Shown here: piece after piece, positions 37,658-46,252 of the stretch
Layout of the letters: each line of letters starts with the position of its first letter
Position numbering within the stretch: the first letter of the stretch is position 1
Virus record (IMG/VR): IMGVR_UViG_3300049200_000031
Location: 1 to 49,794 of that record
Source: a virus
Lineage: Duplodnaviria; Caudoviricetes
DNA: 49,794 nucleotides
Strand: one strand, 5' to 3'
Position numbers and translations under genes: made by a program
Notes under the pieces: model-generated
The model's input: the letters and a program-made list of their open reading frames with translations, nothing else
The model's database searches: none
What the model was told of the DNA's origin: nothing

Positions 37658-38532
37658 TTCTCCCCCTTTGCTGGCGATGCCGTGGTAGATGGGATTGGCA
37701 ACCAGCCGATAGGCTTGTTCTCGATAGAGAAGCCAGCCGTCCACCAAGTGTTGCTGTACGCGACTTGCGGCCAGCAACTTGGAGTCAGCAATAAGATCAG
37801 TTCGCGGCCTGACATCGGCGCTGTCTCGATAGGCAACCACTCCACCTTCGCGGCTTCGTCGGCGTGCGGGTGGGGAGTGGCGATAGCTTGGGTTGCCGTA
37901 GCCAGTGCTTCGTCTAGCCATGTTTCGCACCAGTTATAGCCGCGCGGGTGAATCGCAGTGTCTACCACGAACTTCGCTTTCACGAAGTGGTTCAACGCCG
38001 CTTCCAGCACCGCCACGCGCTTGGCCAATTGGACGTTGCGGTCGAGGATGGAGAGGATTGCGGCAGGGTTGGCAGCTGCGATGAAATTTGCATTATCTTG
38101 CTGGCGTTCCGGCTCATCCTCTGGCGCTTGAGAGTGAAACGTTATGCTACAGGCGACGATCTGCGACTGCGCAGTACCATTTGCATATTCGCGGAACGGG
38201 CCTGCAACAATGGCCCCGAAGCGCTTTGCATTCCACGGTCCCGGCGTAGCCTTCTCAGCCAGCGCCCGCAATTCCCCATACTCTGCATCCAGGCTTGCTG
38301 GCTGCGAGGTGTAAAGCTTTGCGCCAACACGAAGCGCTTCGCCAGTCCACGAAATGCGCGGCATGCCATCGACGTAGCCATCGAAGATTGCGACGGGCGC
38401 GGCGGGTGTTGGGGGCTGCGAGGTGGTGGCGTTCGGCAGGCACGGGCCGCTGGTCCTGTGCAGCACGTTCTCAGCGCGCGGCTGGCCGCACGTGCAGCCA
38501 GTGGGCACTTGGCTTCCCTGTGGCGTATTCAT
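37654..38532 (-). CDS. Ead/Ea22-like protein
   Basis: LRALAEKATPGPW and NANFIAAANPAAILSILD motifs; C-terminal WLPIETAP module. Confidence 0.8.
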   Translation of the reverse strand: MNTPQGSQVPTGCTCGQPRAENVLHRTSGPCLPNATTSQPPTPAAPVAIFDGYVDGMPRISWTGEALRVGAKLYTSQPASLDAEYGELRALAEKATPGPWNAKRFGAIVAGPFREYANGTAQSQIVACSITFHSQAPEDEPERQQDNANFIAAANPAAILSILDRNVQLAKRVAVLEAALNHFVKAKFVVDTAIHPRGYNWCETWLDEALATATQAIATPHPHADEAAKVEWLPIETAPMSGRELILLLTPSCWPQVAYSNTWWTAGFSIENKPIGWLPIPSTTASPAKGEK

Positions 38533-38535
38533 GGC

Positions 38536-39141
38536 TCAGGCCTCGCTCGTGGCTTCGAGCGCCTTTTGCGCTTGGGCCAGGTTCGCCGCCTTCTTCTCAG
38601 CCTTGGTCTGCATTGGCATCGCTTCGGCCTTCTCGAAGTTGTCGACGGCTTCTTCGACGCTGGCCTGGTTGATGCTGACCAGAAGCTTGCGGTGGCTGGT
38701 GCGCAGCAGCTTGAGCAGGACATCTTCGTCTTCGATTTCACCGATCTTGACGCGCAGGCCGAGATTGACGGTGCCGCCCGGCAGCAGATCGAAGTGGAAG
38801 TTGTCGGCCTCGCGATTCGTCAGCGTCAGGCTTTCCGCCTCGTCCTCTTCGTCGTGGATGGTCAGCGTCATGCGGCCCATGCTCAAGGACCAGTCCAGGC
38901 GCCCCAGTTCGGGGAAGCGCAGTGTATTGAACGTCTGGCCGTCGAGCATGTCCGACTGTTCCTGGGTGTAGAGCGCAGGCCGCAGATCAGGGCACAGCTT
39001 GAGCAGCACGGCATTGGCGAAGGCACCATGCAGCATGACATCGTATGCATTCACATCTTCATCGCCGTGCTTCTCTGTGCGCAGCTTGACCTTGACAAGC
39101 ATGCGGTCACGGACGAGGTAAAACGGTTCCTGGTTGCTCAT
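38536..39141 (-). CDS. Conserved phage hypothetical protein
   Basis: RTEKHGDEDVxAxD motif. Confidence 0.7.
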   Translation of the reverse strand: MSNQEPFYLVRDRMLVKVKLRTEKHGDEDVNAYDVMLHGAFANAVLLKLCPDLRPALYTQEQSDMLDGQTFNTLRFPELGRLDWSLSMGRMTLTIHDEEDEAESLTLTNREADNFHFDLLPGGTVNLGLRVKIGEIEDEDVLLKLLRTSHRKLLVSINQASVEEAVDNFEKAEAMPMQTKAEKKAANLAQAQKALEATSEA

Positions 39142-39164
39142 GGTGGTGCCTTTCTTGGGATGGG

Positions 39165-39542
39165 TTACCGCTGGTTGAAATCGACGCCGTGCTGCGCGCC
39201 GAAGGAGTACGTGAGTTCGATCAACTCGCTGAACATGGATTTTGTGTAAGTACTCGTTCTCTCGCCAAAAACGACGAAGCCATTGCCGTCGATGGCTGGG
39301 GCAGAGCGCTGCCTGGTCAGGGATGCCGTCAACATCGCCTTCCAGTCGTCCGGCGACAGCTTGGCGCCGTGCCATGTGACCTGCTTCGACAGGCGGGTCA
39401 GCAGCGGCCACAGGAGCGCGTTTTGTTCAAGTGTGCGGGTTGGCTCGCTGATGGTCACGCAATAGCCATGTGGGGCCGCCTGGACAGCCTGAGCGGCATT
39501 GCGGCGCGCTTCGTCGTGCGCGAGAATGAATATGCGCTTCAT
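39165..39542 (-). CDS. ninB: NinB/Orf recombination protein
   Basis: RTLEQNALLW...QVTWHG.KLS.DDWK...G.RTS...FSELIE...FGA. Confidence 0.9.
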   Translation of the reverse strand: MKRIFILAHDEARRNAAQAVQAAPHGYCVTISEPTRTLEQNALLWPLLTRLSKQVTWHGAKLSPDDWKAMLTASLTRQRSAPAIDGNGFVVFGERTSTYTKSMFSELIELTYSFGAQHGVDFNQR

Positions 39543-39841
39543 TTGCGCCCCCATGCCTGTTGCTTGATGTTGGCCTTCTGCTGCGCCAGGCCTTCGATCT
39601 GCTTCACGCACAGTTCGATGGCGTCGAGTGATGCGCGCCCATCGGCCAACAGTTCATCCGCGCTGTCGGGCACCGCTTCGTTATCCGGCTGCATACGGCG
39701 CAGCACCTTGGAGGCCGTCGAAGAAAGCTCGCCACATAGCATCTGTAGGCTCTTTTTGGCGTCCTCGTGTGCCGCACGCACAGTGGCATACTCGCCTCGT
39801 GCAAGCAGCACATCAGCCGGAATGGTGGACAGGTCGAGCAT
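39539..39841 (-). CDS. Hypothetical protein
   Basis: Coupled 100-aa ORF. Confidence 0.7.
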   Translation of the reverse strand: MLDLSTIPADVLLARGEYATVRAAHEDAKKSLQMLCGELSSTASKVLRRMQPDNEAVPDSADELLADGRASLDAIELCVKQIEGLAQQKANIKQQAWGRK

Positions 39842-39844
39842 GAT

Positions 39845-40480
39845 TTAGAATGGAATATCGTCGAAGTCGGCCGGCACGTCGCCGTGGCTCGGTCCGGCGT
39901 CATGCGCGGCCGATTGAGCGTGCTTCTTCACCGGCTTATCGGCCAGCTGGGCCAAGACTTTCTCGAGCTGCTCAGGCTTGGTCTTGCGGTTCAGGATCTC
40001 CGACGCCATAAGCTCGGTGCCAGCCTGGAACACGGCGAACAGGCCCATGCGCCACGCTGTTCCACCGACTTTCTTACCGTCCTTCATCTTCTCGTACTCT
40101 TCGGCGCGCAGCAGCAGGCCGATCTTCTTGCCCATGAGATCAGCGAAGCAATCGGCTGCGGCCATCATTTCCTTGCTATCGACCCACTTCTTCACGTTCT
40201 GGATTGTCGTCGATATACCGCGCACTTGGAGGCAGGCCATCATTGCATTGACCTGATTGAGGCCCGACAGCGGCTCGCCGGTTTGCTTTTGGGTCCATAC
40301 GTCGAAGCGGCATTCGCGGCTCGCCTCGTCCTTGAACGTGAAGCCGATACCGTCGGTGCCCTTGCTGGAACTGACCAGCTTTTCAGCACGGATAAAGGTG
40401 CCGACATACTTGCCGGTTTCGGAAATATAGGCGCCTACGACATCGGCCTTTTTTGCTGATTCTGCGTTGAGTGTGTACAT
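39845..40480 (-). CDS. Phage ssDNA-binding-like protein (Sak4 partner)
   Basis: Acidic DFDDIPF tail; directly downstream of Sak4-like ATPase. Confidence 0.7.
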   Translation of the reverse strand: MYTLNAESAKKADVVGAYISETGKYVGTFIRAEKLVSSSKGTDGIGFTFKDEASRECRFDVWTQKQTGEPLSGLNQVNAMMACLQVRGISTTIQNVKKWVDSKEMMAAADCFADLMGKKIGLLLRAEEYEKMKDGKKVGGTAWRMGLFAVFQAGTELMASEILNRKTKPEQLEKVLAQLADKPVKKHAQSAAHDAGPSHGDVPADFDDIPF

Positions 40481-40520
40481 GGTTTTTCCTGTGGTGGTTG
40501 GGGTTGGTGGTGCTCTGGTA

Positions 40521-41171
40521 TCAAGCGGCTACGCCGATCTGGTAGTAGTCACAAATTGCCGCGTCGACGGCGGCGAGATCGTTCTCGATCACTTCATCGT
40601 GGAAGAGGCCAATCGGGGATTTGCAGGTGTCTTGCCCGCTGCTTTGCGTGTTGAAGACGTGATTCGAATTGACGACTGCAGCACGCAATACGATGGTGAA
40701 CATCGACTCGACGGGGCATTTTTCATCGATCATCTTTCCGATGGTCTTGGCCTTGATATGGCCGCCGTCGATCTGTTCGCTGTGGCCAAGCATGTACACA
40801 CGCACATCATCAGGAAGCGATGAGGCGGCGGTCATCAAGTCCCATGCGCTGCGGCCGATGTCGCTGAATTTTTGAAAGCCTGTTTCGGCAGACCGGCGCA
40901 TGAACTCGTTCGTCATGGTCAGGTTCCAGTCGTCGATGACGATGATCTTGCGCTTGGTGCGCTGCATCGCCTTGATGATGGTGGGCGTGTGGTCGGTGAC
41001 GAAGACCGAGCCATTCGGATTGTCCTGCGTGGCGGATTTCCAACCGGCCGAGCGAAACGGCAGAGGCTTCTTAATGGCTTGGATCAACAGTGTTTCGGAC
41101 GGGTGCATGTTCTGCATGCTGGTCGACTTGCCGGATCCGCTTTCGCCGATAATGAGGGTTGCGATGGACAT
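40521..41171 (-). CDS. Sak4-like (AAA_24) recombinase ATPase
   Basis: GESGSGKST, KPLPF, IVIDD, KTIGKMID, CKSPIGLF motifs. Confidence 0.85.
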   Translation of the reverse strand: MSIATLIIGESGSGKSTSMQNMHPSETLLIQAIKKPLPFRSAGWKSATQDNPNGSVFVTDHTPTIIKAMQRTKRKIIVIDDWNLTMTNEFMRRSAETGFQKFSDIGRSAWDLMTAASSLPDDVRVYMLGHSEQIDGGHIKAKTIGKMIDEKCPVESMFTIVLRAAVVNSNHVFNTQSSGQDTCKSPIGLFHDEVIENDLAAVDAAICDYYQIGVAA

Positions 41172-41196
41172 GGTTTTTCCTGGTTGGTGCGATGGT

Positions 41197-41385
41197 TTAG
41201 AAAGGCAAATTATTCTCTTCGATGTAGCGGTCCTGCTCTTGCTTCTGTTGCTCGGTCAGCACTGGTTTCCATGTGCCGATGATCTTTCCGGCCTTGCTGC
41301 GCGCCACGTCAGCTAAGACACGTTCACGCCATGCTGCCCGCTGCTTGTCGGTGAATTGCGATTTGTGCTCGATAGCGTTACTCAT
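41197..41385 (-). CDS. Hypothetical protein
   Basis: 62 aa, AAGGA RBS. Confidence 0.65.
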   Translation of the reverse strand: MSNAIEHKSQFTDKQRAAWRERVLADVARSKAGKIIGTWKPVLTEQQKQEQDRYIEENNLPF

Positions 41386-41394
41386 GACAGTTCC

Positions 41395-41517
41395 TTAAAA
41401 CGGTGCATCCAGCGTGTTCACGATCAGCAGCAGCACGCCGGCAATCGTCAGCGGAAGCCACTGGTGGTCCTCGCAGGCCTGCCACAGGGCAGCCAAGGCG
41501 CGGTGGACGCGGGTCAT
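41395..41517 (-). CDS. Small hydrophobic protein (homolog of 421-537)
   Basis: MTRVHRALAALWQACEDHQWLPLTIAGVLLLIVNTLDAPF. Confidence 0.7.
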   Translation of the reverse strand: MTRVHRALAALWQACEDHQWLPLTIAGVLLLIVNTLDAPF

Positions 41518-41675
41518 ACCGGCACCGCCACGGCCTTCTTGACCGGTGCGTCGAAGCCGCAGCCGCGCGCGTAGGCGGTGGCCTGCTCGATAGCGTCTTC
41601 CTTGCGCGACGTGGTCACAGCCAGCGGGCCGAAGCTGGGCCCGCGCTTGAAATCGATGGTCACGTTATAGGTCAT
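41514..41675 (-). CDS. Hypothetical protein (homolog of 803-961)
   Basis: Direct sequence similarity. Confidence 0.7.
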   Translation of the reverse strand: MTYNVTIDFKRGPSFGPLAVTTSRKEDAIEQATAYARGCGFDAPVKKAVAVPV

Positions 41676-42073
41676 GACGGCACCCGCAGTTCAGGCGCCG
41701 CGCGGCGAATAGCGGCCAAGTCCAGCCCGCCGGCGCGCTCTTCGCGATCCAACTCGACCAGCGCGGCGTTGTCGGCATCGGCTTCGATGCATTTGTTGAT
41801 CAGGTCCAGCAGCAGTTGGCCGGCCGTCAGCGGACCTCCGATCAGCGAGGCGCGCACGATTTTCTCGGTCACGCCGCTGCGGCCCAAGCGATCGCACAGG
41901 CCCTCGGTGATGCTCTCGATCGTCTGCGCGTGGCCCGTCTGGATGTTCGTGCGAATCGCGGCGGCATGCACCTTCGTCTGCTCGGCCAGACGCGCCCGGA
42001 ATGCGTCGTCGGCTTCACCCTGCCGTTCGTACTCGCGGTCGATTGCCGTCCAGTCCATTTCCTTGTGTCCCAT
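41672..42073 (-). CDS. Hypothetical protein (homolog of 958-1359)
   Basis: 133 aa, near-identical. Confidence 0.8.
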   Translation of the reverse strand: MGHKEMDWTAIDREYERQGEADDAFRARLAEQTKVHAAAIRTNIQTGHAQTIESITEGLCDRLGRSGVTEKIVRASLIGGPLTAGQLLLDLINKCIEADADNAALVELDREERAGGLDLAAIRRAAPELRVPS

Positions 42074-42136
42074 GCTTTTCTCCAGTGGTTCGCCGTGCTT
42101 TGCGGCGGTTGTGGTGTGTTTGCTTAGGATTCAATT

Positions 42137-42185
42137 ATTAGGCATACCTCAAACAATTGCAAGAACTATTTTAGGTACACCTAAA
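42137..42185 (-). promoter_or_regulatory. OL operators/PL region of prophage 2
   Basis: ATTAG-GCATAC-CTCAA (42137-42152) and TTTAG-GTACAC-CTAAA (42170-42185) flank TTGCAA. Confidence 0.7.
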
Positions 42186-42225
42186 ATATTTGCTACACTG
42201 AGCACACGCACGAATGCCCGGGCGT

Positions 42226-42248
42226 AAAAAAACCCGCACTGGGCGGGT
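42226..42248 (-). terminator. Intrinsic terminator of immunity transcript
   Basis: A-run plus ACCCGC-ACTGG-GCGGGT, homologous position to 1511-1533. Confidence 0.7.
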
Positions 42249-42263
42249 CATGGGGGGGGTGGG

Positions 42264-42572
42264 ATGGACAAGTTAGCGCATGAAGCGGCAATGACGATCT
42301 ATAAGCGGGTGGATGGCAAATATGATGTGGGTGTGCAGCATGAACTCACCAGCAACCACTACCCTGACCTGACCTGGGATGAAGTGCTAGTTCGTGTCGA
42401 TGGAATCAGGCCTAGCGCCTGGAAAGTGCTGGGACAGTACTACATTGGTCAGTCATCCTTGTCCGAGCAGGCACTGGGGACGGGAGTTACCATGGCCGAT
42501 GCGGCGCACCGTCAAGCCATTGCCAAGCTGGCCGACGACTTGGAGCGCATCAAGCGTGCGAGGCAGTCGTAG
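42264..42572 (+). CDS. Hypothetical moron protein
   Basis: 102-aa ORF opposite to flanking genes. Confidence 0.55.
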   Translation: MDKLAHEAAMTIYKRVDGKYDVGVQHELTSNHYPDLTWDEVLVRVDGIRPSAWKVLGQYYIGQSSLSEQALGTGVTMADAAHRQAIAKLADDLERIKRARQS

Positions 42573-42587
42573 ATGAATAAGTTCAAC

Positions 42588-43064
42588 TTACGGCGCGTAC
42601 TTGGCTTGTACCGGCCCCATCATGCCAGTCGCAATCTTCGTGTTACACCGGCCGCAGTGGAAGTGCGTCCACTGCTCGTCATCCTGCACACAATTCAGTA
42701 TTACTTTTACGGTTTGGTGAGCACAATTTGCGCAAATATAATGCGGTGGTTCGGACAAGCCTTGCTCTTCCTTTACCGCAAGAGCGAATCCGGACTCTCC
42801 GACCTGGGCAAGTACATATCGCTCTTTCTCGCCATTCCATGTGGTAAGGCGAGTTATTTCTTCTTCAAGCTCGCGTTTTTCTTTGGTGAGCTGAAGCGCC
42901 GCGCTCTCCGCGCTCGTTATCGCTCGCTGGGCATCCAATAGATGCCTGGTCAATTCGAAAGCTTGAGTCATCAGTTTCACGTCGGTGTTCATCTGAGACG
43001 CGCCACGAATCATGCCAATAGCCGTTGTCAGCCCAGTGTAGGCCGTTTGTAATTCGGTTATCAC
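42588..43064 (-). CDS. Coiled-coil plus Zn-ribbon moron protein
   Basis: GGAGG RBS before GTG; ERYxL, PPHYICANC and CGRC motifs. Confidence 0.75.
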   Translation of the reverse strand: MITELQTAYTGLTTAIGMIRGASQMNTDVKLMTQAFELTRHLLDAQRAITSAESAALQLTKEKRELEEEITRLTTWNGEKERYVLAQVGESGFALAVKEEQGLSEPPHYICANCAHQTVKVILNCVQDDEQWTHFHCGRCNTKIATGMMGPVQAKYAP

Positions 43065-43104
43065 AACTCCATCCTCCTTCACGCGCCACCATAGGCGGGG
43101 ATGC

Positions 43105-43494
43105 TCAGTTGTACATCATGTCGTAGACTCGGGATGAACTGTCCACACAGACGCCACCGCCACTAGTTGATCCGGAAGCATCGCAGCGAAGGCCAGTTCC
43201 ATCCGTGCAGGTAAGGAGTGCCTTGTACGTTTCGCTGCCACTGCTCGTCTGAATTAAGGTAGTCGATGGACGACGGCCATAGGTTTGCGCGAAACCAAAG
43301 CTGTCACCACTTCCAACCTGAACAAAGTTACCTGAGCAGGTGCGTCCATCAATTTGCACGGACAACTTACCGGAGCCGAAACCATTGCTGCTAATGGTTC
43401 CAGCGTAGACCTGGCCACTATCGCGCGGCATCATCTGCATGTTGTACGCGCACCCGGTTAGCGTAAGCAAGGCCAAAACAGCGCAGAATTTCAT
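43105..43494 (-). CDS. Immunity-region lipoprotein
   Basis: MKF...LTGC lipobox; same slot as 1552-2136 but unrelated sequence. Confidence 0.75.
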   Translation of the reverse strand: MKFCAVLALLTLTGCAYNMQMMPRDSGQVYAGTISSNGFGSGKLSVQIDGRTCSGNFVQVGSGDSFGFAQTYGRRPSTTLIQTSSGSETYKALLTCTDGTGLRCDASGSTSGGGVCVDSSSRVYDMMYN

Positions 43495-43626
43495 GTTATC
43501 TCCATTTGTGAATATTGCGTGACTTTTCATTCTTAAATAGCGCGTAAAACACCCCGTCTTTTCATGACTTTCACGCGCCCCTTTGCGGCCTATAGTAAAT
43601 ATCCCGACAACAAAAGAAAGTGGTAA

Positions 43627-43851
43627 ATGGAGCAACTTCCAGACCTCACTGAGGCCTACAAAACGATGAATTCCTGGGCCCGCACCAAATTGCTGTCGCA
43701 GGCCTTGCAATATGCGAAATCCTGGCCAGACAAGCTGCGCCAACCAAAACTAAATCTGATGCTGAACCCTGCCATCGAGCTCGCGCCGCACCTCATCAAC
43801 CGCAATGTCGATAAGCCTCCGCTGGTCCTCATTTGCAAGGCGATAAACTGA
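43627..43851 (+). CDS. 74-aa ORF overlapping cI antisense (homolog of 2298-2522)
   Basis: 70/74 residues identical to copy 1. Confidence 0.65.
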   Translation: MEQLPDLTEAYKTMNSWARTKLLSQALQYAKSWPDKLRQPKLNLMLNPAIELAPHLINRNVDKPPLVLICKAIN

Positions 43852-44151
43852 AAGCAGGAGCAACTCCTTCGCCGTCTCGCAGGTCAACTTCATCGAGCCA
43901 GCCAAGCCCCCGCTGCTCACTTCCGCAGGAATCCTCTTCCGGCCATTGAGTAGCCACTCCGGATCAATCTTCAGCACCTCGCACACACGCATCAGTTTCG
44001 GCCCAGTAATCTCCCGGATGCCTCCATCAAGCACGTCCTTTTCCCAGTCGGTCACAGTTGGGTTCGACACTTTTACCAATTTCGCAAATTCCGTCTTGTT
44101 GAGCCCCTGAGATTCGCGAGCCTGGCGCAATCTTGTTTTCCATTCATCCAT
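43750..44151 (-). CDS. cI: Prophage repressor CI-like (XRE HTH), no S24 peptidase domain
   Basis: RLRQARESQGLNKTEFAKLVKVSNPTVTDWE...WLLNG; C-terminal ~50 aa nearly identical to prophage 1 CI. Confidence 0.88.
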   Translation of the reverse strand: MDEWKTRLRQARESQGLNKTEFAKLVKVSNPTVTDWEKDVLDGGIREITGPKLMRVCEVLKIDPEWLLNGRKRIPAEVSSGGLAGSMKLTCETAKELLLLSVYRLANEDQRRLIDIAVDEVRRELDGRVQHQI

Positions 44152-44225
44152 TAGGCAATCCTAATTCTTTTCAGCTAAGGCCAGCCTAAAAATAGCTTGC
44201 ATATTATTTTAGGCATGCCTAAAAT
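44150..44225. promoter_or_regulatory. OR operators and PR of prophage 2
   Basis: ATTAG-GCAATC-CTAAT (44150-44165), CTAAG-GCCAGC-CTAAA (44175-44190), TTTAG-GCATGC-CTAAA (44208-44223); TTGCAT-17-TAAAAT. Confidence 0.8.
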
Positions 44226-44233
44226 AAGATCCT

Positions 44234-44431
44234 ATGGACATCCAAGACCCCAACACCATCATCGACCGCCTCGGTGGCACATCGGAAACGGCCCGTATTT
44301 GCGACATCAAGCCCCCATCCGTTTCTCAATGGCGCACTGACGGCATCCCAAAGGCCCAGCTCAAGTTCTTGCGCTTGGCACGGCCCGACGTATTCGAAGA
44401 TCCGCCGCCCCCACCAGACCCGACCCAGTAA
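44234..44431 (+). CDS. cro: Cro-like regulator
   Basis: IIDRLGGTSETARICDIKPPSVSQWRTDGIP...RPDVF. Confidence 0.88.
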   Translation: MDIQDPNTIIDRLGGTSETARICDIKPPSVSQWRTDGIPKAQLKFLRLARPDVFEDPPPPPDPTQ

Positions 44432-44535
44432 CCAGCAGCGCCAACCCGGCGCCGCCTCGTCGCGCCTTTTTTGTTTCAAATTGGAAATAACACGTAGGAA
44501 GTCTCCTACCCATCATTGATAACCGGCGATAAAAG

Positions 44536-44904
44536 ATGAGCTCAGGAATTATCAACAGCACCCAACTGGTGCTTGACCTCGACCCCGGCCTAGTCGACCG
44601 CTACCCATGCTTGCGTGAATGCGTGGCCGCTGGCGTGTACCAGCGCGGCCTTGGCCGTGTCGCCATTGACCTCGACCAGGCCCCGGGAAACCTATCCGTG
44701 CAGCTGAGCGCCGACCCATCGCGCCATTTCAGCATTGACGAGCTGGAGCGTTACATGGAGAAGACGCGCGACTTCACGCCCATTCACTACCTGGCCGAGA
44801 AGTTCCTCTCAAATCAGGACGCAAAACAGGAAGCAGCCCAGGCTGAGCTGCTGACCGAGCTGGTCAAGCTTCAGGATTTGATCAAGCGGGCGGGGCTGAA
44901 ATGA
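44536..44904 (+). CDS. CII-like regulator
   Basis: Homologous to 3133-3513 (STQ.TLD, RHFS.D.LE, PI..L.EKFL). Confidence 0.7.
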   Translation: MSSGIINSTQLVLDLDPGLVDRYPCLRECVAAGVYQRGLGRVAIDLDQAPGNLSVQLSADPSRHFSIDELERYMEKTRDFTPIHYLAEKFLSNQDAKQEAAQAELLTELVKLQDLIKRAGLK

Positions 44905-45104
44905 TCGTCACCATCGCCGAAATCCAGCGCCGTGCGCGCGCCGCATTCGCCAAAGGCCTGCCGCTGGCCGACTGCCCGCTGCCGTGGCACAGCGCCGCGC
45001 ACTCGACCTGGGAAGCCGAGTACGCCATTTTGCAGGCGCAGTCCCAGCAATACCATGCTGCGCCGGCTGGGCGCCAGCGTGTTGAGCAAGCGCAGGAGGC
45101 ATAG
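44901..45104 (+). CDS. Hypothetical protein
   Basis: Coupled; related to 3510-3791. Confidence 0.65.
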   Translation: MIVTIAEIQRRARAAFAKGLPLADCPLPWHSAAHSTWEAEYAILQAQSQQYHAAPAGRQRVEQAQEA

Positions 45105-45800
45105 ATGGCCCGTATTCGCACGATCAAGCCAGAGTTTTTCACCAGCGAGGATGTTGTAAGCCTGTCACCACTTGCACGCCTCTTTTACGTGTCGCTTTGG
45201 TGTGAAGCAGACCGCGAGGGGCGCCTAAGTTGGAAGCCAAATACGTTGAAGATGCGTTACTTCCCTGGGGATAACTGCGATGTCAACGCAATGGCCGACG
45301 AGCTCACCGATAAAGGAATGCTCGTGATTTACGAGGTGGACGGCAAGCAATATGCCGAAATCCCGACCTTTTCCACGCACCAAGTTATTAACAATCGCGA
45401 GTCTCCGAGCGTAATTCCTCCACGCGTCGAGCACGCGTCGAGCACGCGTCAACCACGCGTGAAAGCGGAAGGGAAGGAAGGAAGGGAAGGGAAAGGAAAG
45501 GAAGACGCGAACGACGCGTCACCGGCTTCGCCTCCGTTCAACCCCAAAGTCGAGCTCAAGGCCAGGGGGGTAAGCGACCAGACCGCGAATGACTGGCTCG
45601 ACCTTCGGAAGGTCAAGAAGGCGAAGGTGTCCGATACCGCCCTCAAGGGCATCATCGTAGAAGCGAACAGGGCTGGGCTATCGCTCGAGCGTGCACTAGC
45701 CATTTCCTGTAGACGGGGTTGGGTTGGATTCGAAGCCGCCTGGCTGAAGGATTCCGACCTGGCCGCCCCAGCCGCGCCGCCGCCGAAGGACTGGGAATGA
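45105..45800 (+). CDS. Replication initiator (MARIRTIKPEF family)
   Basis: Characteristic N-terminus, ADxEGR motif; C-terminal RK.KKA...GW.GF.A.W. Confidence 0.85.
   Translation: MARIRTIKPEFFTSEDVVSLSPLARLFYVSLWCEADREGRLSWKPNTLKMRYFPGDNCDVNAMADELTDKGMLVIYEVDGKQYAEIPTFSTHQVINNRESPSVIPPRVEHASSTRQPRVKAEGKEGREGKGKEDANDASPASPPFNPKVELKARGVSDQTANDWLDLRKVKKAKVSDTALKGIIVEANRAGLSLERALAISCRRGWVGFEAAWLKDSDLAAPAAPPPKDWE
45421..45521 (+). repeat. Iteron-like repeats in initiator gene (probable origin)
   Basis: Four CACGCGT units about 11 bp apart, then a pure-purine GGAA tract (45467-45504). Confidence 0.7.
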
Positions 45801-46252
45801 CGCCCGCCCTTCCCCTGAACGCCGCTCAGATCGTCGCAACTCGCATGCGCGGCATGAAGCCCGAGGAAATGATTCGCGTGTCGCTGGTCGGTACGCTGGT
45901 GCACGGCAACCACGTCGTGCACGCTAAGGCCGGCATCCCGCATGACTGGCGCTGGGTGCGCGACTTGGACATTTGCCTGTGCATCGGAACTGCTGCCGAC
46001 TGGGCGCCGACGCTCAAGGAAATAGCCCTGCACCGTCCGAAGTACTTGAGCGTGTGGAACGCCTACGACCACTGGGGCGCCAAGGTCTTCCTGATCCCGA
46101 CCAAGGACGACATCGAGCAGTGCCGGCCGGTGTCGAAATGGGAATACGAGCTTGACCTGCTGGAATGGCTGGACTTCCAGAACGATGACTTCCTGACGGG
46201 CCGCACCTACGCCCGCAATGAGCAGGGGGTGCCGTATGCAGTGCATTCCTGA
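45797..46252 (+). CDS. Hypothetical protein between initiator and helicase
   Basis: ATGA coupling; DWRWVRDLDI motif. Confidence 0.7.
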   Translation: MTPALPLNAAQIVATRMRGMKPEEMIRVSLVGTLVHGNHVVHAKAGIPHDWRWVRDLDICLCIGTAADWAPTLKEIALHRPKYLSVWNAYDHWGAKVFLIPTKDDIEQCRPVSKWEYELDLLEWLDFQNDDFLTGRTYARNEQGVPYAVHS

